Of a stretch of 64,000 nt of DNA, positions 21,614 to 31,707 are shown in pieces; the stretch's first letter is position 1, and every line of letters starts with the position of its first letter. Under the pieces are notes generated by a model. It worked only from the letters and a program-made list of their open reading frames with translations. It was not told the origin of the DNA and searched no databases. A program made the translations under genes and the position numbers. The DNA is from Candidatus Zambryskiibacteriota bacterium (GTDB lineage Bacteria > Patescibacteriota > Minisyncoccia > Phycocordibacterales > WO2-35-19). The stretch covers positions 58,747-122,746 of the forward strand of contig JASNZL010000001.1 in the NCBI GenBank assembly GCA_048499675.1, given 5' to 3'.

Positions 21614-22843
21614 TTATTTTTTTAGTATCTTTTTAAGAGCCGAGAACAATTTATCCAAATCAGATTTTTTGGTTTCTCTTCCCATAGTAATTCTAATGGA
21701 TGAATTTTTACATTCTGGTTTACCTATATTTTCTATAACATAAGAAGAATTTTCCAGCGCTAGGTTGTGGCAAGCCGAAGCAGTAGAAACAGCAAATCCA
21801 AGAGTGTCTAATTTTATTACTAAAAATTCCGAGTCTATCTTAGACAAACCCACCTTCGCCAAAGGCTTCGGCGCGCCAAGGCAAACATTAATATTATTTG
21901 GCAACCTAACTTTCGGGTCACCGTTTATTGAAATATTATCAAATTCTTTCAAAACTTTTTCAAAAAAGTAATCTCTTAGTACAGATAGCCGTCTAGACTC
22001 CTTTTCTCTGTTTTTAGTTATTATATCTGTGGCCAGTGCCAAACCAAGTACGGCTGGTACATTTTCTGTCCCCGGTCTTATTTTGTTTTCCTGTCCCCCA
22101 CCAAAAAGAGTCGGTTCAAATTGAGAACCTTTCCTTATAAACAAAACTCCAATACCTCTTGGGCCATACATTTTTATTCCATCAAATACAAGGATGTCTG
22201 CCCCTAATCTTTCTACTGAAACATCTTCATACAAAACACTTTGACTTGCATCTACCAACAAACAAACCTTGTTTGAATTATCAATTTTAAAATTGTCTAT
22301 TGAAGAAGGGTTGAAATCGTGAATTACCTCTTTTATTTTTCTAATCGGTTGAATAGTCCCTATTTCATTGTTTGCATGTTGCACAATTACCAATACTGTA
22401 TTTTCTTTTAATTCCTTCTTAATTGACTCTGGTCTGATAATCCCAGATTCATCAGGACTTACAAAAGATACTTCCACTCTTTTATTATTTAAAAGATATT
22501 TGACTGGCTCAAGTATTGCCGGATGTTCAATTGTGGAAAGTATTATATGAGGAAAAATATTCTTTTTTTCTACAAAATTTATAACTCCAAAAATAGCCAA
22601 ATTCAGACCTTCTGTTCCACCACTAGTAAAATAAACCTCCGATGCTTTTGCGTGAAGAAATTTTGCAATTCTAAACCTAGCATCTTCTAATGCAGACTTA
22701 GCTTCCTCGCCAAAACTGTGTATAGAAGAAGGGTTTCCCCAATATTTTTTGGAGACCCTATCTATTTCTCGTAGAACTTTTGGATCAATTGGTGTAATTG
22801 AGGCATAGTCTAAAAATATTCTTTTTTTATCTCCTTTTGGCAT
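21614..22843 (-). CDS. iscS: Cysteine desulfurase (IscS/NifS)
   Basis: FLDYASITP, GNPSSIH, FTSGGTE, NNEIGTIQP, KMYGPRGIG, STASAC. Confidence 0.9.
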   Translation of the reverse strand: MPKGDKKRIFLDYASITPIDPKVLREIDRVSKKYWGNPSSIHSFGEEAKSALEDARFRIAKFLHAKASEVYFTSGGTEGLNLAIFGVINFVEKKNIFPHIILSTIEHPAILEPVKYLLNNKRVEVSFVSPDESGIIRPESIKKELKENTVLVIVQHANNEIGTIQPIRKIKEVIHDFNPSSIDNFKIDNSNKVCLLVDASQSVLYEDVSVERLGADILVFDGIKMYGPRGIGVLFIRKGSQFEPTLFGGGQENKIRPGTENVPAVLGLALATDIITKNREKESRRLSVLRDYFFEKVLKEFDNISINGDPKVRLPNNINVCLGAPKPLAKVGLSKIDSEFLVIKLDTLGFAVSTASACHNLALENSSYVIENIGKPECKNSSIRITMGRETKKSDLDKLFSALKKILKK

Positions 22844-22933
22844 TTCAAGTTTTAGTACTTGGATAATATCATATTTTGTGTATAATATACCAGAATGTCA
22901 ATTTAGGCATCAATCTCTAAATTAACGGAATTT

Positions 22934-24427
22934 ATGGAAGAAAAAAATAGTCAAAACCTAATACAGAGGCCTCCTGTTGTAGTAATAATGGGACACATCG
23001 ACCACGGCAAATCAACACTTCTTGATTATATAAGAAAGGCTAATTCTGTTGACAAAGAAGCCGGTGGAATCACTCAACATATTTCTGCGTACGAAGCAGA
23101 AGTGTTGACTGGTGACCAAAAAAGAACAATTACTTTCCTAGACACTCCGGGGCACGAAGCTTTTTGTTCAATCAGACAAAGAAGCTCAAAGGTGGCAGAC
23201 ATCGCCGTCCTTGTGGTCTCAGCAGAAGACGGAGTCAAACCTCAAACAATAGAAGCTTATAAATGTATTCAATCTGATTCAATACCATTTATAGTTGCAT
23301 TAAACAAAATAGATAAAGCTCCAAACAACGTAGACAAAATAAAACAAAACCTTGCAGAAAATGAAATATTTGTAGAGGGTTGGGGCGGTAGTATTCCAAT
23401 CGTTCCTATTTCTGCAAAAACCGGCCAAGGTGTTCCAGAACTATTAGAAATTATCCTACTTCAATCAGATATGGAGGATCTGAAAGCAAACCCAAAAAAC
23501 AACGGGGAAGGTTTTGTTATTGAATCAGATCTAAATCCAAAACAAGGAATATCAGCAACTCTTGTAATTAAAGATGGCGCGATACAATCGGGAATGTATG
23601 TAGCATGTCCTGGAGCATATGCACCAACAAGAATTATGGAAGATTTTAAAGGTGCTAAAATCTTGAAAGCGACTTTTTCTAGTCCCATCAGAATAACAGG
23701 CTGGTCTAATTCCCCATTAGTAGGAAGCACTTTCAAAACATTTAATACAAAAGAAGAAGCTTCTAAATATTCACTTAGTATTTCAAACAACAGAGAGCAA
23801 ACAGAGGAGATTCTAGAAAACACTGCAGTGCTTCCAATTATTTTAAAAGCAGACACACATGGCTCTCTTGAAGCCGTAATCCATGAATTAAATAAAATAG
23901 GTAGCGATAAAATAATTGCAAAAATTGTATCCAAAGGAATTGGTTCTATAGGAGAATCTGACATCAAAACAGCAAACATCAAAAAAGATATAGTTGTTGG
24001 ATTTAATGTAGGAATTGACAAAAATGCCGAGTCTCTTGCTTTAAGAGAAAATATCGAACATAAAACATTTAAAATTATTTATGAGCTAGTTGATTTCGTC
24101 AAAGAAAGAATGAAAGAAGCAACCCCTGTAACTATGATAGAGACCACAACTGGCGAGGCTAAAATACTAAAAAACTTTAGCAAAACAAAAGACCTACAAG
24201 TAATTGGTGGTAGACTTACAACTGGAATATTAAAAAACAACAGTATAGTAAAAATATTTAGGAGAGATTTCCAAATAGGCGAAGGTAAGGTAAAAGAAAT
24301 CCAGACCCAGAAAATCAAAACAAACGAAGTAAAAGAAGGGGAAGAATTTGGGATGATGATAGACTCCAAAACGGAAATAGTACCCGGAGACATATTGAAG
24401 CAAATATCACTAATAAAAGAAGAATAA
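22934..24427 (+). CDS. infB: Translation initiation factor IF-2 (short form)
   Basis: RPPVVVIMGHIDHGKSTLLD, GGITQHI, DTPGHEAF, NKID. Confidence 0.96.
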   Translation: MEEKNSQNLIQRPPVVVIMGHIDHGKSTLLDYIRKANSVDKEAGGITQHISAYEAEVLTGDQKRTITFLDTPGHEAFCSIRQRSSKVADIAVLVVSAEDGVKPQTIEAYKCIQSDSIPFIVALNKIDKAPNNVDKIKQNLAENEIFVEGWGGSIPIVPISAKTGQGVPELLEIILLQSDMEDLKANPKNNGEGFVIESDLNPKQGISATLVIKDGAIQSGMYVACPGAYAPTRIMEDFKGAKILKATFSSPIRITGWSNSPLVGSTFKTFNTKEEASKYSLSISNNREQTEEILENTAVLPIILKADTHGSLEAVIHELNKIGSDKIIAKIVSKGIGSIGESDIKTANIKKDIVVGFNVGIDKNAESLALRENIEHKTFKIIYELVDFVKERMKEATPVTMIETTTGEAKILKNFSKTKDLQVIGGRLTTGILKNNSIVKIFRRDFQIGEGKVKEIQTQKIKTNEVKEGEEFGMMIDSKTEIVPGDILKQISLIKEE

Positions 24428-24428
24428 A

Positions 24429-24767
24429 ATGCATCCTCCTAAAAAATACAAAGACGAAAAATTTGTATCTTTAATCACAAAATTTGCTGGTGAATATTTG
24501 ACGGTTGAATCAGGTTTGAATTCTATGATTACAGTTACTCGTGTTGATGTATTCGATAGAGGCAGGAGAGCTACTATATACTTTACAGTTCTCCCAGAAT
24601 CAGAAGAAGCCAAAGCTTTTGATTTCCTAAAAAGAAAAAGGAGGGATTTTAGAAAGTTTGTGATGTCAAAAAAAACATTCGGCTTTGCTCCAAGTTTTGA
24701 TTTTGAAGTTGACCACGGAGAAAAAAATAGACAAAGAGTTGATAATTTACTTATGGAAAGCAATTGA
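24429..24767 (+). CDS. rbfA: Ribosome-binding factor A
   Basis: ITVTRVDV...ATIYFTV...APSFDFEVD; follows infB. Confidence 0.85.
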   Translation: MHPPKKYKDEKFVSLITKFAGEYLTVESGLNSMITVTRVDVFDRGRRATIYFTVLPESEEAKAFDFLKRKRRDFRKFVMSKKTFGFAPSFDFEVDHGEKNRQRVDNLLMESN

Positions 24768-24809
24768 AATAAAATTAGAAAAACTGTAAGCTAAAATATG
24801 TCGGTATTG

Positions 24810-24881
24810 GGCGTCGTGGCCAAGTGGTAAGGCATGAGTCTGCAAAACTCTTATACGCGGGTTCGATTCCCGCCGACGCCT
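24810..24881 (+). tRNA. tRNA-Cys(GCA)
   Basis: GGCGTCG/CGACGCC acceptor; GAGT-CTGCAAA-ACTC; GGTTCGATTCC. Confidence 0.95.
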
Positions 24882-24919
24882 CATTTATTAAGTATGAAAA
24901 TACATAATAAATAATATAT

Positions 24920-25004
24920 GCCCGAGTGGCGGAATTGGTATACGCAGTCGACTTAAAATCGGCGGCCGTAAGGCTTGTGGGTTCAAGTCCCACCTCGGGC
25001 ACCA
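24920..25004 (+). tRNA. tRNA-Leu(TAA); 3' end is the island integration site
   Basis: GCCCGAG/CTCGGGC acceptor; GTCGA-CTTAAAA-TCGGC; variable arm; ends ACCA. Confidence 0.95.
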
Positions 25005-25146
25005 GAATGGAACTTAACGGTTTTTCGGAGACCGAATTGTGGGCGGCGCAAAGCGCCGCCCACTGATTTCCCCCCATTTTTCCAAACGAATTTGGAGCGT
25101 CGCCTTCGGCGACGCGCACTTTTCTTTCGGCGAGGAGGAGGTGCGA
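25000..25146. repeat. Inverted repeat IR1 (left): reverse copy of recombinase 3' region 26702-26848
   Basis: Encodes SHLLLAERKVRVAEGDAP...KPLSSILV on - strand, identical to recombinase C-terminus; extra match 25145-25160 to 26643-26658. Confidence 0.92.
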
Positions 25147-25312
25147 ATCAGAAGCAATTTGATTCATAGTATTTGCTTTACAAAAAGAATTTTTGCTATA
25201 ATGAATTTGCGTTCAACTTTTCGGGTCGTCTTTTTTAATGGCCGTCCTAGCCAATTCGAGGCGACTTGAGTTGAACGCACTAGGGCGGCCATTTAAGTTG
25301 AGCGCAAAATAT

Positions 25313-26890
25313 ATGGAAAAACAAAAATTCTTTTTGTATGCTCGCAAGTCAACTGATGTCGAGGACAAGCAGGTTCTTTCGATTGAAGCACAACTCACCG
25401 AATTGCGGGCGTATGCACGCGAGAATAATTTGGAAATTTCCGCCGAAATAGTGGAAAAGCAATCTGCAAAATATCCGGGTCGCCCTTTGTTCAACAAGAT
25501 GATGGATGACATTGAAAAGAACGGCGGAAATATTCTCGCGTGGAATCCCGATCGTCTCGCCCGCAATTCGGTGGACGGAGGAAGGATTATTTATCTCCTC
25601 GACACAGGGAAACTTGTGAGCCTAAAATTTCCAACATTTTGGTGCGACAACACATCGCAGGGGAAATTTATGTTGAATATGGCATTTGGCCAAAGCAAAT
25701 ACTATGTGGATTCTCTTTCCGAAAATACGAAACGCGGACTTCGCCAAAAAGTAAGAATGGGTATATTTCCAAGTCAAGCGCCTTTGGGATATCTCAACGA
25801 TTCGAGAACAAAGACGATTGTTGTAGAAAAGAAAAAATCTCGCATTGTGCGCTTGGCTTTTGAGAGATATGTCAAAGGTAATCAACGGCTAGAAGATATT
25901 GCCGAATTTTTGGCGAAGTCCGGCGTTACAACCAGAACCGGAAGGAGAATCTCCAAAACTAGAGCGTCTTTTATCCTTTCCAATCCGTTCTATATCGGAC
26001 TATTCAAATATGGCGGTGAAATCCACGAAGGAAAGCACGAACCAATCATTTCAAAGAAACTTTTTGACGAAGCGCAAGAAATGCTACGCAAGCGCGGACA
26101 ACCTGAACGCAAGCCACAGAATGAACCACAACCTTTCTGTGGTCTCATTTCCTGCGCTTCTTGCGGAATGATGATAACTGCCGAGAACAAAACGAAGCGA
26201 CAGAAGAATGGCAATGTTCATCACTATATTTACTATCGTTGTACCAAAAAGAGAAAAGATTTTAAGTGTAACGAGCTGTCGCTTCGTTCTGAAGAAGTAG
26301 ACAAGCAGTTATCATCTCTCATTCAAAAAGTTTCTTTGCCCAAAGACTGGGCGGAAGAATTATTGAAAATGGCGGAAAATGACCACAAAAAATCCGCCCA
26401 GTCTTTGACTGCTTGCGTGAAAGAAAAAGAGGAAATGATTTCTTCTCTCTCGCAAAAACTGGAGCGACTTCTTAATGGCTATCTCGACCAAATAATTGAT
26501 CAAGTGGACTATACTTCACAGAAATCAAAACTGTTATCTGAAAAGAAGTCGCTCGAAGAAGAAATCTTTACTTTTTCACACAAGCAGAATGATTGGCTCG
26601 CACCCTTTCAATCTTGGCTAAAATACGCTCAATCCTTGGACAAAATTGCTTCTGATTCAGACCTTTTTGCTAAAAAGGTCTGGGCCAAAGAAATCTTTGG
26701 CTCGCACCTCCTCCTCGCCGAAAGAAAAGTGCGCGTCGCCGAAGGCGACGCTCCAAATTCGTTTGGAAAAATGGGGGGAAATCAGTGGGCGGCGCTTTGC
26801 GCCGCCCACAATTCGGTCTCCGAAAAACCGTTAAGTTCCATTCTGGTGTCTTTATTTTACCAAGCTCGCACCTTTTTTCAAAATCGGTGA
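25313..26890 (+). CDS. Large serine recombinase (resolvase + recombinase + Zn-ribbon + coiled coil)
   Basis: FLYARKST (catalytic Ser), DRLARN, APLGY, CASCG..YYRC; start taken at MEKQK. Confidence 0.95.
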   Translation: MEKQKFFLYARKSTDVEDKQVLSIEAQLTELRAYARENNLEISAEIVEKQSAKYPGRPLFNKMMDDIEKNGGNILAWNPDRLARNSVDGGRIIYLLDTGKLVSLKFPTFWCDNTSQGKFMLNMAFGQSKYYVDSLSENTKRGLRQKVRMGIFPSQAPLGYLNDSRTKTIVVEKKKSRIVRLAFERYVKGNQRLEDIAEFLAKSGVTTRTGRRISKTRASFILSNPFYIGLFKYGGEIHEGKHEPIISKKLFDEAQEMLRKRGQPERKPQNEPQPFCGLISCASCGMMITAENKTKRQKNGNVHHYIYYRCTKKRKDFKCNELSLRSEEVDKQLSSLIQKVSLPKDWAEELLKMAENDHKKSAQSLTACVKEKEEMISSLSQKLERLLNGYLDQIIDQVDYTSQKSKLLSEKKSLEEEIFTFSHKQNDWLAPFQSWLKYAQSLDKIASDSDLFAKKVWAKEIFGSHLLLAERKVRVAEGDAPNSFGKMGGNQWAALCAAHNSVSEKPLSSILVSLFYQARTFFQNR

Positions 26891-27277
26891 TGTTTCGCAC
26901 GCTCCACGCGCCTTGTGATTTGCAACCGCCAACTACGCTCGGCAACACCAAAGAAAAATGTCTCTTACAACTTTGGTTTTCGCGCAGGATTTTTCTGAAA
27001 AAGGAAAGGATATTTTTCTTTGGTGTTCTGCCCTCAATGCTTCGGGCAGGTGGCGGGGCTACTATGCGGACTCGGTTTTGCCAAACTATTTTTCTGGGGA
27101 TTTGGATTTGGCAAAACCTCGGCTGAATGTTGCCCGCCCGCAGAAAGGGGTCTGGGGAATGAATGCGGGCGGGCTTGTATAAAACCCAAAATTGTGGTAT
27201 GAGTATGGCAGAAGAAATCCTGGTGGATTTCTGAAAATTGCACATTTACAACCCAAAAAGGAGGTGAATTATGGAAT
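26850..27277 (+). repeat. Inverted repeat IR2 (left), ~430 bp, ends in promoter, RBS and ATGGAAT
   Basis: Reverse complement of 32927-33357 (3-nt indel near RBS); TTGTAT-N17-TATGAG and AAGGAGGTG. Confidence 0.93.
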
Positions 27278-28008
27278 GGTTTCATCGCCTATACTTCGGT
27301 ACGTGGCAACTTAGCGGGCAGTTTAAGAACCTGTCTCCTGCCTACATCGAATCGCTACTACTTTTCGCCATCAGCTCCGGTATTCGTCGTTTTGATACGG
27401 CGGCCGTCTATGGTGGAGGCAAGGTAGAGGAGATGCTCGGCGCATTCTTGCCGGAAGATGCAGTCATTGTGACCAAAATTCCGGCAATCAAAAAACCCAA
27501 GCTTGAAGTCGCTGCACCAATTAATGGATTCTATACACCAGATCATCTTGATCGAGGTGTTGAGGGTTCGTTACGTCGACTCAAGAGAACACAACTCGAT
27601 ACTGTCTTGTTGCACAACTGGCTGCCATCTTGGTCGTCAGATGCAAGCAACATTCTTCATCATCTACAAGGTATGAAGAGCAAAGGCATTGTCCGTAGAG
27701 TAGGTATTTCTCTGCCGAATGATTTCTCTGCGCACATCGATGATGAGGTTCTACCTCTTATTGATGTGGTTGAAGCCCCTTACAACCCAGATCAGAAATG
27801 GGTGCTTGAACAGCTCCCAAACTTCATTGATTTAGGAAGGGAAGTGCTTCTGAGGAGTTTATTCGATCAAGGGAAGCTGCTCGCTGCATACTCCGCGGAA
27901 TCGCTTGTCGCTGACGCAGCGAAACTCGGAACATCCGTGGTTATTGGCATGACGACGGAAAATCAGGTAACACAAAACATCAACCACCTGAAAGGAGAAA
28001 CCCAGTGA
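27271..28008 (+). CDS. Aldo/keto reductase
   Basis: FGTWQLSG, FDTAAVYGGG, IVTK, SLRRLK..LDTVLLHN. Confidence 0.9.
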   Translation: MEWFHRLYFGTWQLSGQFKNLSPAYIESLLLFAISSGIRRFDTAAVYGGGKVEEMLGAFLPEDAVIVTKIPAIKKPKLEVAAPINGFYTPDHLDRGVEGSLRRLKRTQLDTVLLHNWLPSWSSDASNILHHLQGMKSKGIVRRVGISLPNDFSAHIDDEVLPLIDVVEAPYNPDQKWVLEQLPNFIDLGREVLLRSLFDQGKLLAAYSAESLVADAAKLGTSVVIGMTTENQVTQNINHLKGETQ

Positions 28009-28916
28009 ACAAAAACCGGAATGCCGAAATTCTTGCTCACCTGAACGATTCTGTTGTTGTTCAGAACATCATCGTCCGTCATCGCGTCAAACAGATCACC
28101 AGACGATTCTTCTGTTCTCATGGCTTCATCGAAGTGGATACTCCCATCTTGGGGGATCCTCTAGATGAATATACAACGAGCCATTTTGCCGTTCGAGGCA
28201 GAGGAGGTTCGTACGCTCTTCCGCAGTCGCCACAGCTGTACAAACAACTGGCTGTAATCTCCTCGTTGGAGAAATACTTTCAGTTTCCGCATTGTTTCCG
28301 CGACGAAGAGTACGATCCGAGAAGAACTGATCAGTCGCCGGAGTTCATGCAAATTGACTTCGAACTGCGCACAACAAGTGTCGCTGAAGTCAGAACCATT
28401 GCAGAAAACCTAATGAAGAAGATCTGTGACGAATTGGGCAGTCAATGCTCAGTGCCGTTCCCGACAATCGATGCTGTCGAGTGTGTCCAGAAATACGGAA
28501 CTGACAAGCCGGATATGAGGCAATCTCCAGAGGAGTATGCTTTCCTATGGGTTGTTGACTTCCCGCTTGTGGAAACCACGGAAGGCGGAAAGTCCAAGCC
28601 GACACATCACCCCTTCGCTTTGCCTATTTTTGAAGGTGAGAACCTTCCTGAAGATCTAAGCGCGGTTCGTACTGCTTCTTACGATCTCGTGTTAAACGGC
28701 ATGGAGATTGGGGGTGGTGATTTGCGAATTCACTCAGAGAATTTGCAAAGAGAAGTCATCAGACAATTGGGCTTCAATGAGGATCAATTCGCACTTCTTC
28801 TTGAGGCGCTTAGTACGGAAACGACACCACCCCACGGAGGAATGGCAATTGGACTCGATCGGCTCGTGATGCAACTCACGCGGACGAAAAAAATCAACGA
28901 CGTCAACTTCTTTTGA
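28005..28916 (+). CDS. Catalytic-domain-only paralog of bacterial-type AspRS (no anticodon-binding OB fold, no GAD insert)
   Basis: GFIEVDTPIL, LPQSPQLYKQL, CFRDE, YGTDKPD, HHPF, YDLVLNG.EIGGG, PPHGGMAIGLDRL; only 303 aa. Confidence 0.85.
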   Translation: MNKNRNAEILAHLNDSVVVQNIIVRHRVKQITRRFFCSHGFIEVDTPILGDPLDEYTTSHFAVRGRGGSYALPQSPQLYKQLAVISSLEKYFQFPHCFRDEEYDPRRTDQSPEFMQIDFELRTTSVAEVRTIAENLMKKICDELGSQCSVPFPTIDAVECVQKYGTDKPDMRQSPEEYAFLWVVDFPLVETTEGGKSKPTHHPFALPIFEGENLPEDLSAVRTASYDLVLNGMEIGGGDLRIHSENLQREVIRQLGFNEDQFALLLEALSTETTPPHGGMAIGLDRLVMQLTRTKKINDVNFF

Positions 28917-28929
28917 AAAGGAGCTAAAA

Positions 28930-30237
28930 ATGCAACGAGCATTGATCAAAGAACTCGGATCCAAGATCGGCGAGACCGTTCGGATCTGCGGATGGGTGGG
29001 ATCGCTCCGCGATCAAAAGCGGATGCAGTTCCTTATTGTCCGTGACCACACCGGCAGTGCACAGGTAGTGCATGAAAAGTCGGCAAACGCCGAACTAACG
29101 GAAGCAATTGCCGGCCTCACGTCCGAAAGCGCAGTGGAAATCATCGGCAAGGTTATTGCCAATCCGGTGGTCAAGCTGGGCGGACTGGAGGTGGTGGCCA
29201 AGTCGGTGAACGTCGTCAGCAAAGCGGAAGCGCTTCTGCCGTTCGGCGAGAATCCGACTAGCGAAACCAGGCTGGATTGGAGATTCCTGGATCTGCGTAC
29301 TCCGCAGAACCTGCTCGTCTTCAAAATCCAGACAGCGGCCGAGCATGCCATGCGTTCGTTCTGGACAGCGGAGGGGTTCATCGAGATGCACTCCCCGAAG
29401 TTCATGGGCAGTGCAAGCGAGTCCGGCGCGGAGCTCTTCGAGGTGAAGTACTTCGATCGCAAAGCGTATCTCGCTCAGTCGCCTCAGTTCTACAAACAGA
29501 TGGCGATGGCGGCGGGGTTCGACCGTGTGTTCGAGATTGGACCGGTTTTCCGAGCCAATCCGTCTTTCACTTCGCGACACGACACGGAGTTCACCAGCGT
29601 GGACGTCGAAATCTCGTGGGTTGACTCTCACGAGGACGTCATGCAGCTTGAGGAGCGTTGGCTTCGTCACGTGCTTCAGGTGGTGAAAGCCGAGTACGGC
29701 GAGGAAATCAAGGCGACGTTCGGCACGGAGATCGTGGTCCCCGAGCTTCCGTTCCCGCGCGTGACTATGGAAGAGGCATACAACATCCTCGACCAGATGG
29801 GTCACCGCATCGAGCGAGGCGAGAAGGGTGACCTCGATCCGGAGGGTGAGCGGCTCTTGTGTCGGCACTTCCACGATAAGACCGGCCACGAGTTCGTCTT
29901 CGTCACCGAGTATCCTGCTGTGGTCCGGGCGTTCTACCACATGCGTCCCGAAGGCAAACCCAATCTCACCAAGAGCTTCGACCTTCTCTGGAAGGGGCTT
30001 GAAGTGACAACAGGAGCGCAACGGGAGCATCGCTACGAGATCCTGGTGGAGCAAGCCAAGGAGAAGGGGCTCTCGCTTGAACCCATCCAGTACTATCTGG
30101 ACTTCTTCCGCTACGGCTGTCCGCCGCACGGCGGCTACGGCTTCGGCCTCACCCGCATGCTCATGGTGATGCTGGGCGCGAAAAGCGTGCGCGAGGTGAC
30201 GTACCTCTACCGAGGCGTCAACCGACTCACTCCGTAA
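28930..30237 (+). CDS. aspS: Archaeal-type non-discriminating aspartyl-tRNA synthetase
   Basis: OB-fold GWV..LRD, RLDWRFLDLR, LAQSPQFYKQ, FRANPSFTSRH, GAQREH, PPHGGYGFGLTR. Confidence 0.9.
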   Translation: MQRALIKELGSKIGETVRICGWVGSLRDQKRMQFLIVRDHTGSAQVVHEKSANAELTEAIAGLTSESAVEIIGKVIANPVVKLGGLEVVAKSVNVVSKAEALLPFGENPTSETRLDWRFLDLRTPQNLLVFKIQTAAEHAMRSFWTAEGFIEMHSPKFMGSASESGAELFEVKYFDRKAYLAQSPQFYKQMAMAAGFDRVFEIGPVFRANPSFTSRHDTEFTSVDVEISWVDSHEDVMQLEERWLRHVLQVVKAEYGEEIKATFGTEIVVPELPFPRVTMEEAYNILDQMGHRIERGEKGDLDPEGERLLCRHFHDKTGHEFVFVTEYPAVVRAFYHMRPEGKPNLTKSFDLLWKGLEVTTGAQREHRYEILVEQAKEKGLSLEPIQYYLDFFRYGCPPHGGYGFGLTRMLMVMLGAKSVREVTYLYRGVNRLTP

Positions 30238-30240
30238 CAA

Positions 30241-30275
30241 AAGGGGTAGGGCAGATGCTCTACCCCTCTTTTTTT
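30241..30275. terminator. Hairpin terminator at convergence of aspS and S51 genes
   Basis: AGGGGTAGGGC-AGAT-GCTCTACCCCT followed by T-run. Confidence 0.7.
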
Positions 30276-30880
30276 ATAAATTCTTCTTTCCCTTCATGTA
30301 TTATCAATGCCTCATCATTTGACAAGCGCACAACACGATGCGATATATTTTTTTCGTAATTAACTAACTCTGATTCCTCCTCTATATCATAGTGTGGATG
30401 AACCTCAAAATTAATTATTCCCAAACCGGTAAAATCATTAAGGCCCACGACATTTGGGTCGGGGTCAATCGAAGCGGCTGCCTTAATCGTCGGAGCGAGA
30501 ATAATTGCCCCTGCGCTTACGCCAATATATATTCCGCCACGCTCAAATAATTTTATTATTACATCTTTGAAATTTGTTTCTCGAGCATATTTCAATAGCT
30601 TGAATGTATTACCTCCACAAACATAAATTACACTATATATTGAAAAATCTACTCGCGAATTATTCTCAATATCGATAAAATCAATAATATGAAAACCAAA
30701 GTCCCGAAATTGAGATTCGGCTAGTTTTGAATACTTATTATTCTCTTTTCCCTCGGCCGCTGTGGTCACAATAGCGACGGAGGACTTATGAGGCAATGAG
30801 TCAAAAAACTTTTCCGACGCGTGCCGGACTGGTTCAGCTGACAAGCCTGTTGAAGTGAGAATAATTATTCCTCGGTTCAT
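30260..30880 (-). CDS. Peptidase S51 (PepE/cyanophycinase-like)
   Basis: IYVCGGNTFKL, YIGVSAGA (Ser nucleophile), VHPHY. Confidence 0.88.
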   Translation of the reverse strand: MNRGIIILTSTGLSAEPVRHASEKFFDSLPHKSSVAIVTTAAEGKENNKYSKLAESQFRDFGFHIIDFIDIENNSRVDFSIYSVIYVCGGNTFKLLKYARETNFKDVIIKLFERGGIYIGVSAGAIILAPTIKAAASIDPDPNVVGLNDFTGLGIINFEVHPHYDIEEESELVNYEKNISHRVVRLSNDEALIIHEGKEEFIKKEG

Positions 30881-30951
30881 AGTAGTTAAAATTATAGCAT
30901 TTTTTCTTATTTTATCAAAAAAACGGAGGCACACTTTCGTATGCCTCCATG

Positions 30952-31707
30952 TCAGAGCAACCTTCGAATTTTTTCTGTCGTCTCTGTCAACCCTTCCCTC
31001 TGTGAGAGTTTTAGGGCTAGTTCATAGACAGAATAGTCTGAAGGTTCAAGGAGTTTGGCTTGTTCTTCGAGCAAACGAAACCCGCGAAGGTACTTACGGC
31101 TACATGCGAATGCCAGCCTCACCAACGAAGTGGTGATATCCGACAGGCATAATTCACGCTCGATCGACTTCTTGTCCCCGATCAATCTTTCGAGTAATGA
31201 GAGCTTTTGCCTGATTTCATCAGAGCACCACTCGATGATATTTTTTGAGAGTGAATCAGGGTATGGTGTGACCATTTTCATGATCTCAACACCGATACCC
31301 TCAACATCGTGCAGAATCTCCGCTGTCGCAAGATCTCCGCATAAGGCTTCCGGTAGCCAGTATCCCACCGCCCAAGGGCGATGCTGACCTCCGAGATTTC
31401 TACCCTCAATCCAATCTTCGATCTGTCCGACAAGCTTGACCGAATCGCAAACTGCGACACCACCAGAGACCATCGGTGTTTCGAAGCGAACGCTGTCATC
31501 GCAGACGTGGAAACTTCCTGAGAGCTGCCAACCCCTGAGCAGAGACTCGATTTCAGAGGAATACATTGCGATATCCCCATCAATGCATCCAGCCAGCAAG
31601 TCGACTTTTCCTTCCAGAGAATCTCGTCCTCGTCCCACATGTAGGAGCATCTTCATGCCATGTAGTGAGAACAGGGCTTGCGACAACTGAGAGATGATAT
31701 CGTTCAT
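30952..31707 (-). CDS. Hypothetical protein, possible degenerate nucleotidyltransferase plus helical domain
   Basis: Start MNDIISQL overlaps radical SAM stop (ATGA); LLHVGRGRD...VDLL resembles a Pol-beta NTase motif (weak). Confidence 0.55.
   Translation of the reverse strand: MNDIISQLSQALFSLHGMKMLLHVGRGRDSLEGKVDLLAGCIDGDIAMYSSEIESLLRGWQLSGSFHVCDDSVRFETPMVSGGVAVCDSVKLVGQIEDWIEGRNLGGQHRPWAVGYWLPEALCGDLATAEILHDVEGIGVEIMKMVTPYPDSLSKNIIEWCSDEIRQKLSLLERLIGDKKSIERELCLSDITTSLVRLAFACSRKYLRGFRLLEEQAKLLEPSDYSVYELALKLSQREGLTETTEKIRRLL

Noticed and set aside
22934-24427. IF-2 lacking N-terminal domain
   Set aside because: Common in reduced genomes; not novel
24775-25167. 130-aa ORF identical in part to the recombinase C-terminus
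   Set aside because: Product of IR1 reading antisense through tRNA-Leu and tRNA-Cys; not an independent gene
25000-26848. Repeat pair as a DGR template/variable repeat
   Set aside because: Copies are inverted and identical without adenine-specific mismatches; no reverse transcriptase in the window
26670-27285. ORFs duplicated at 32962-33499
   Set aside because: Shadow frames of the non-coding IR2; the divergent ends show no conserved reading frame
29095-30240. 381-aa antisense ORF (also 32130-33173)
   Set aside because: Shadow of GC-rich aspS / radical SAM coding strands
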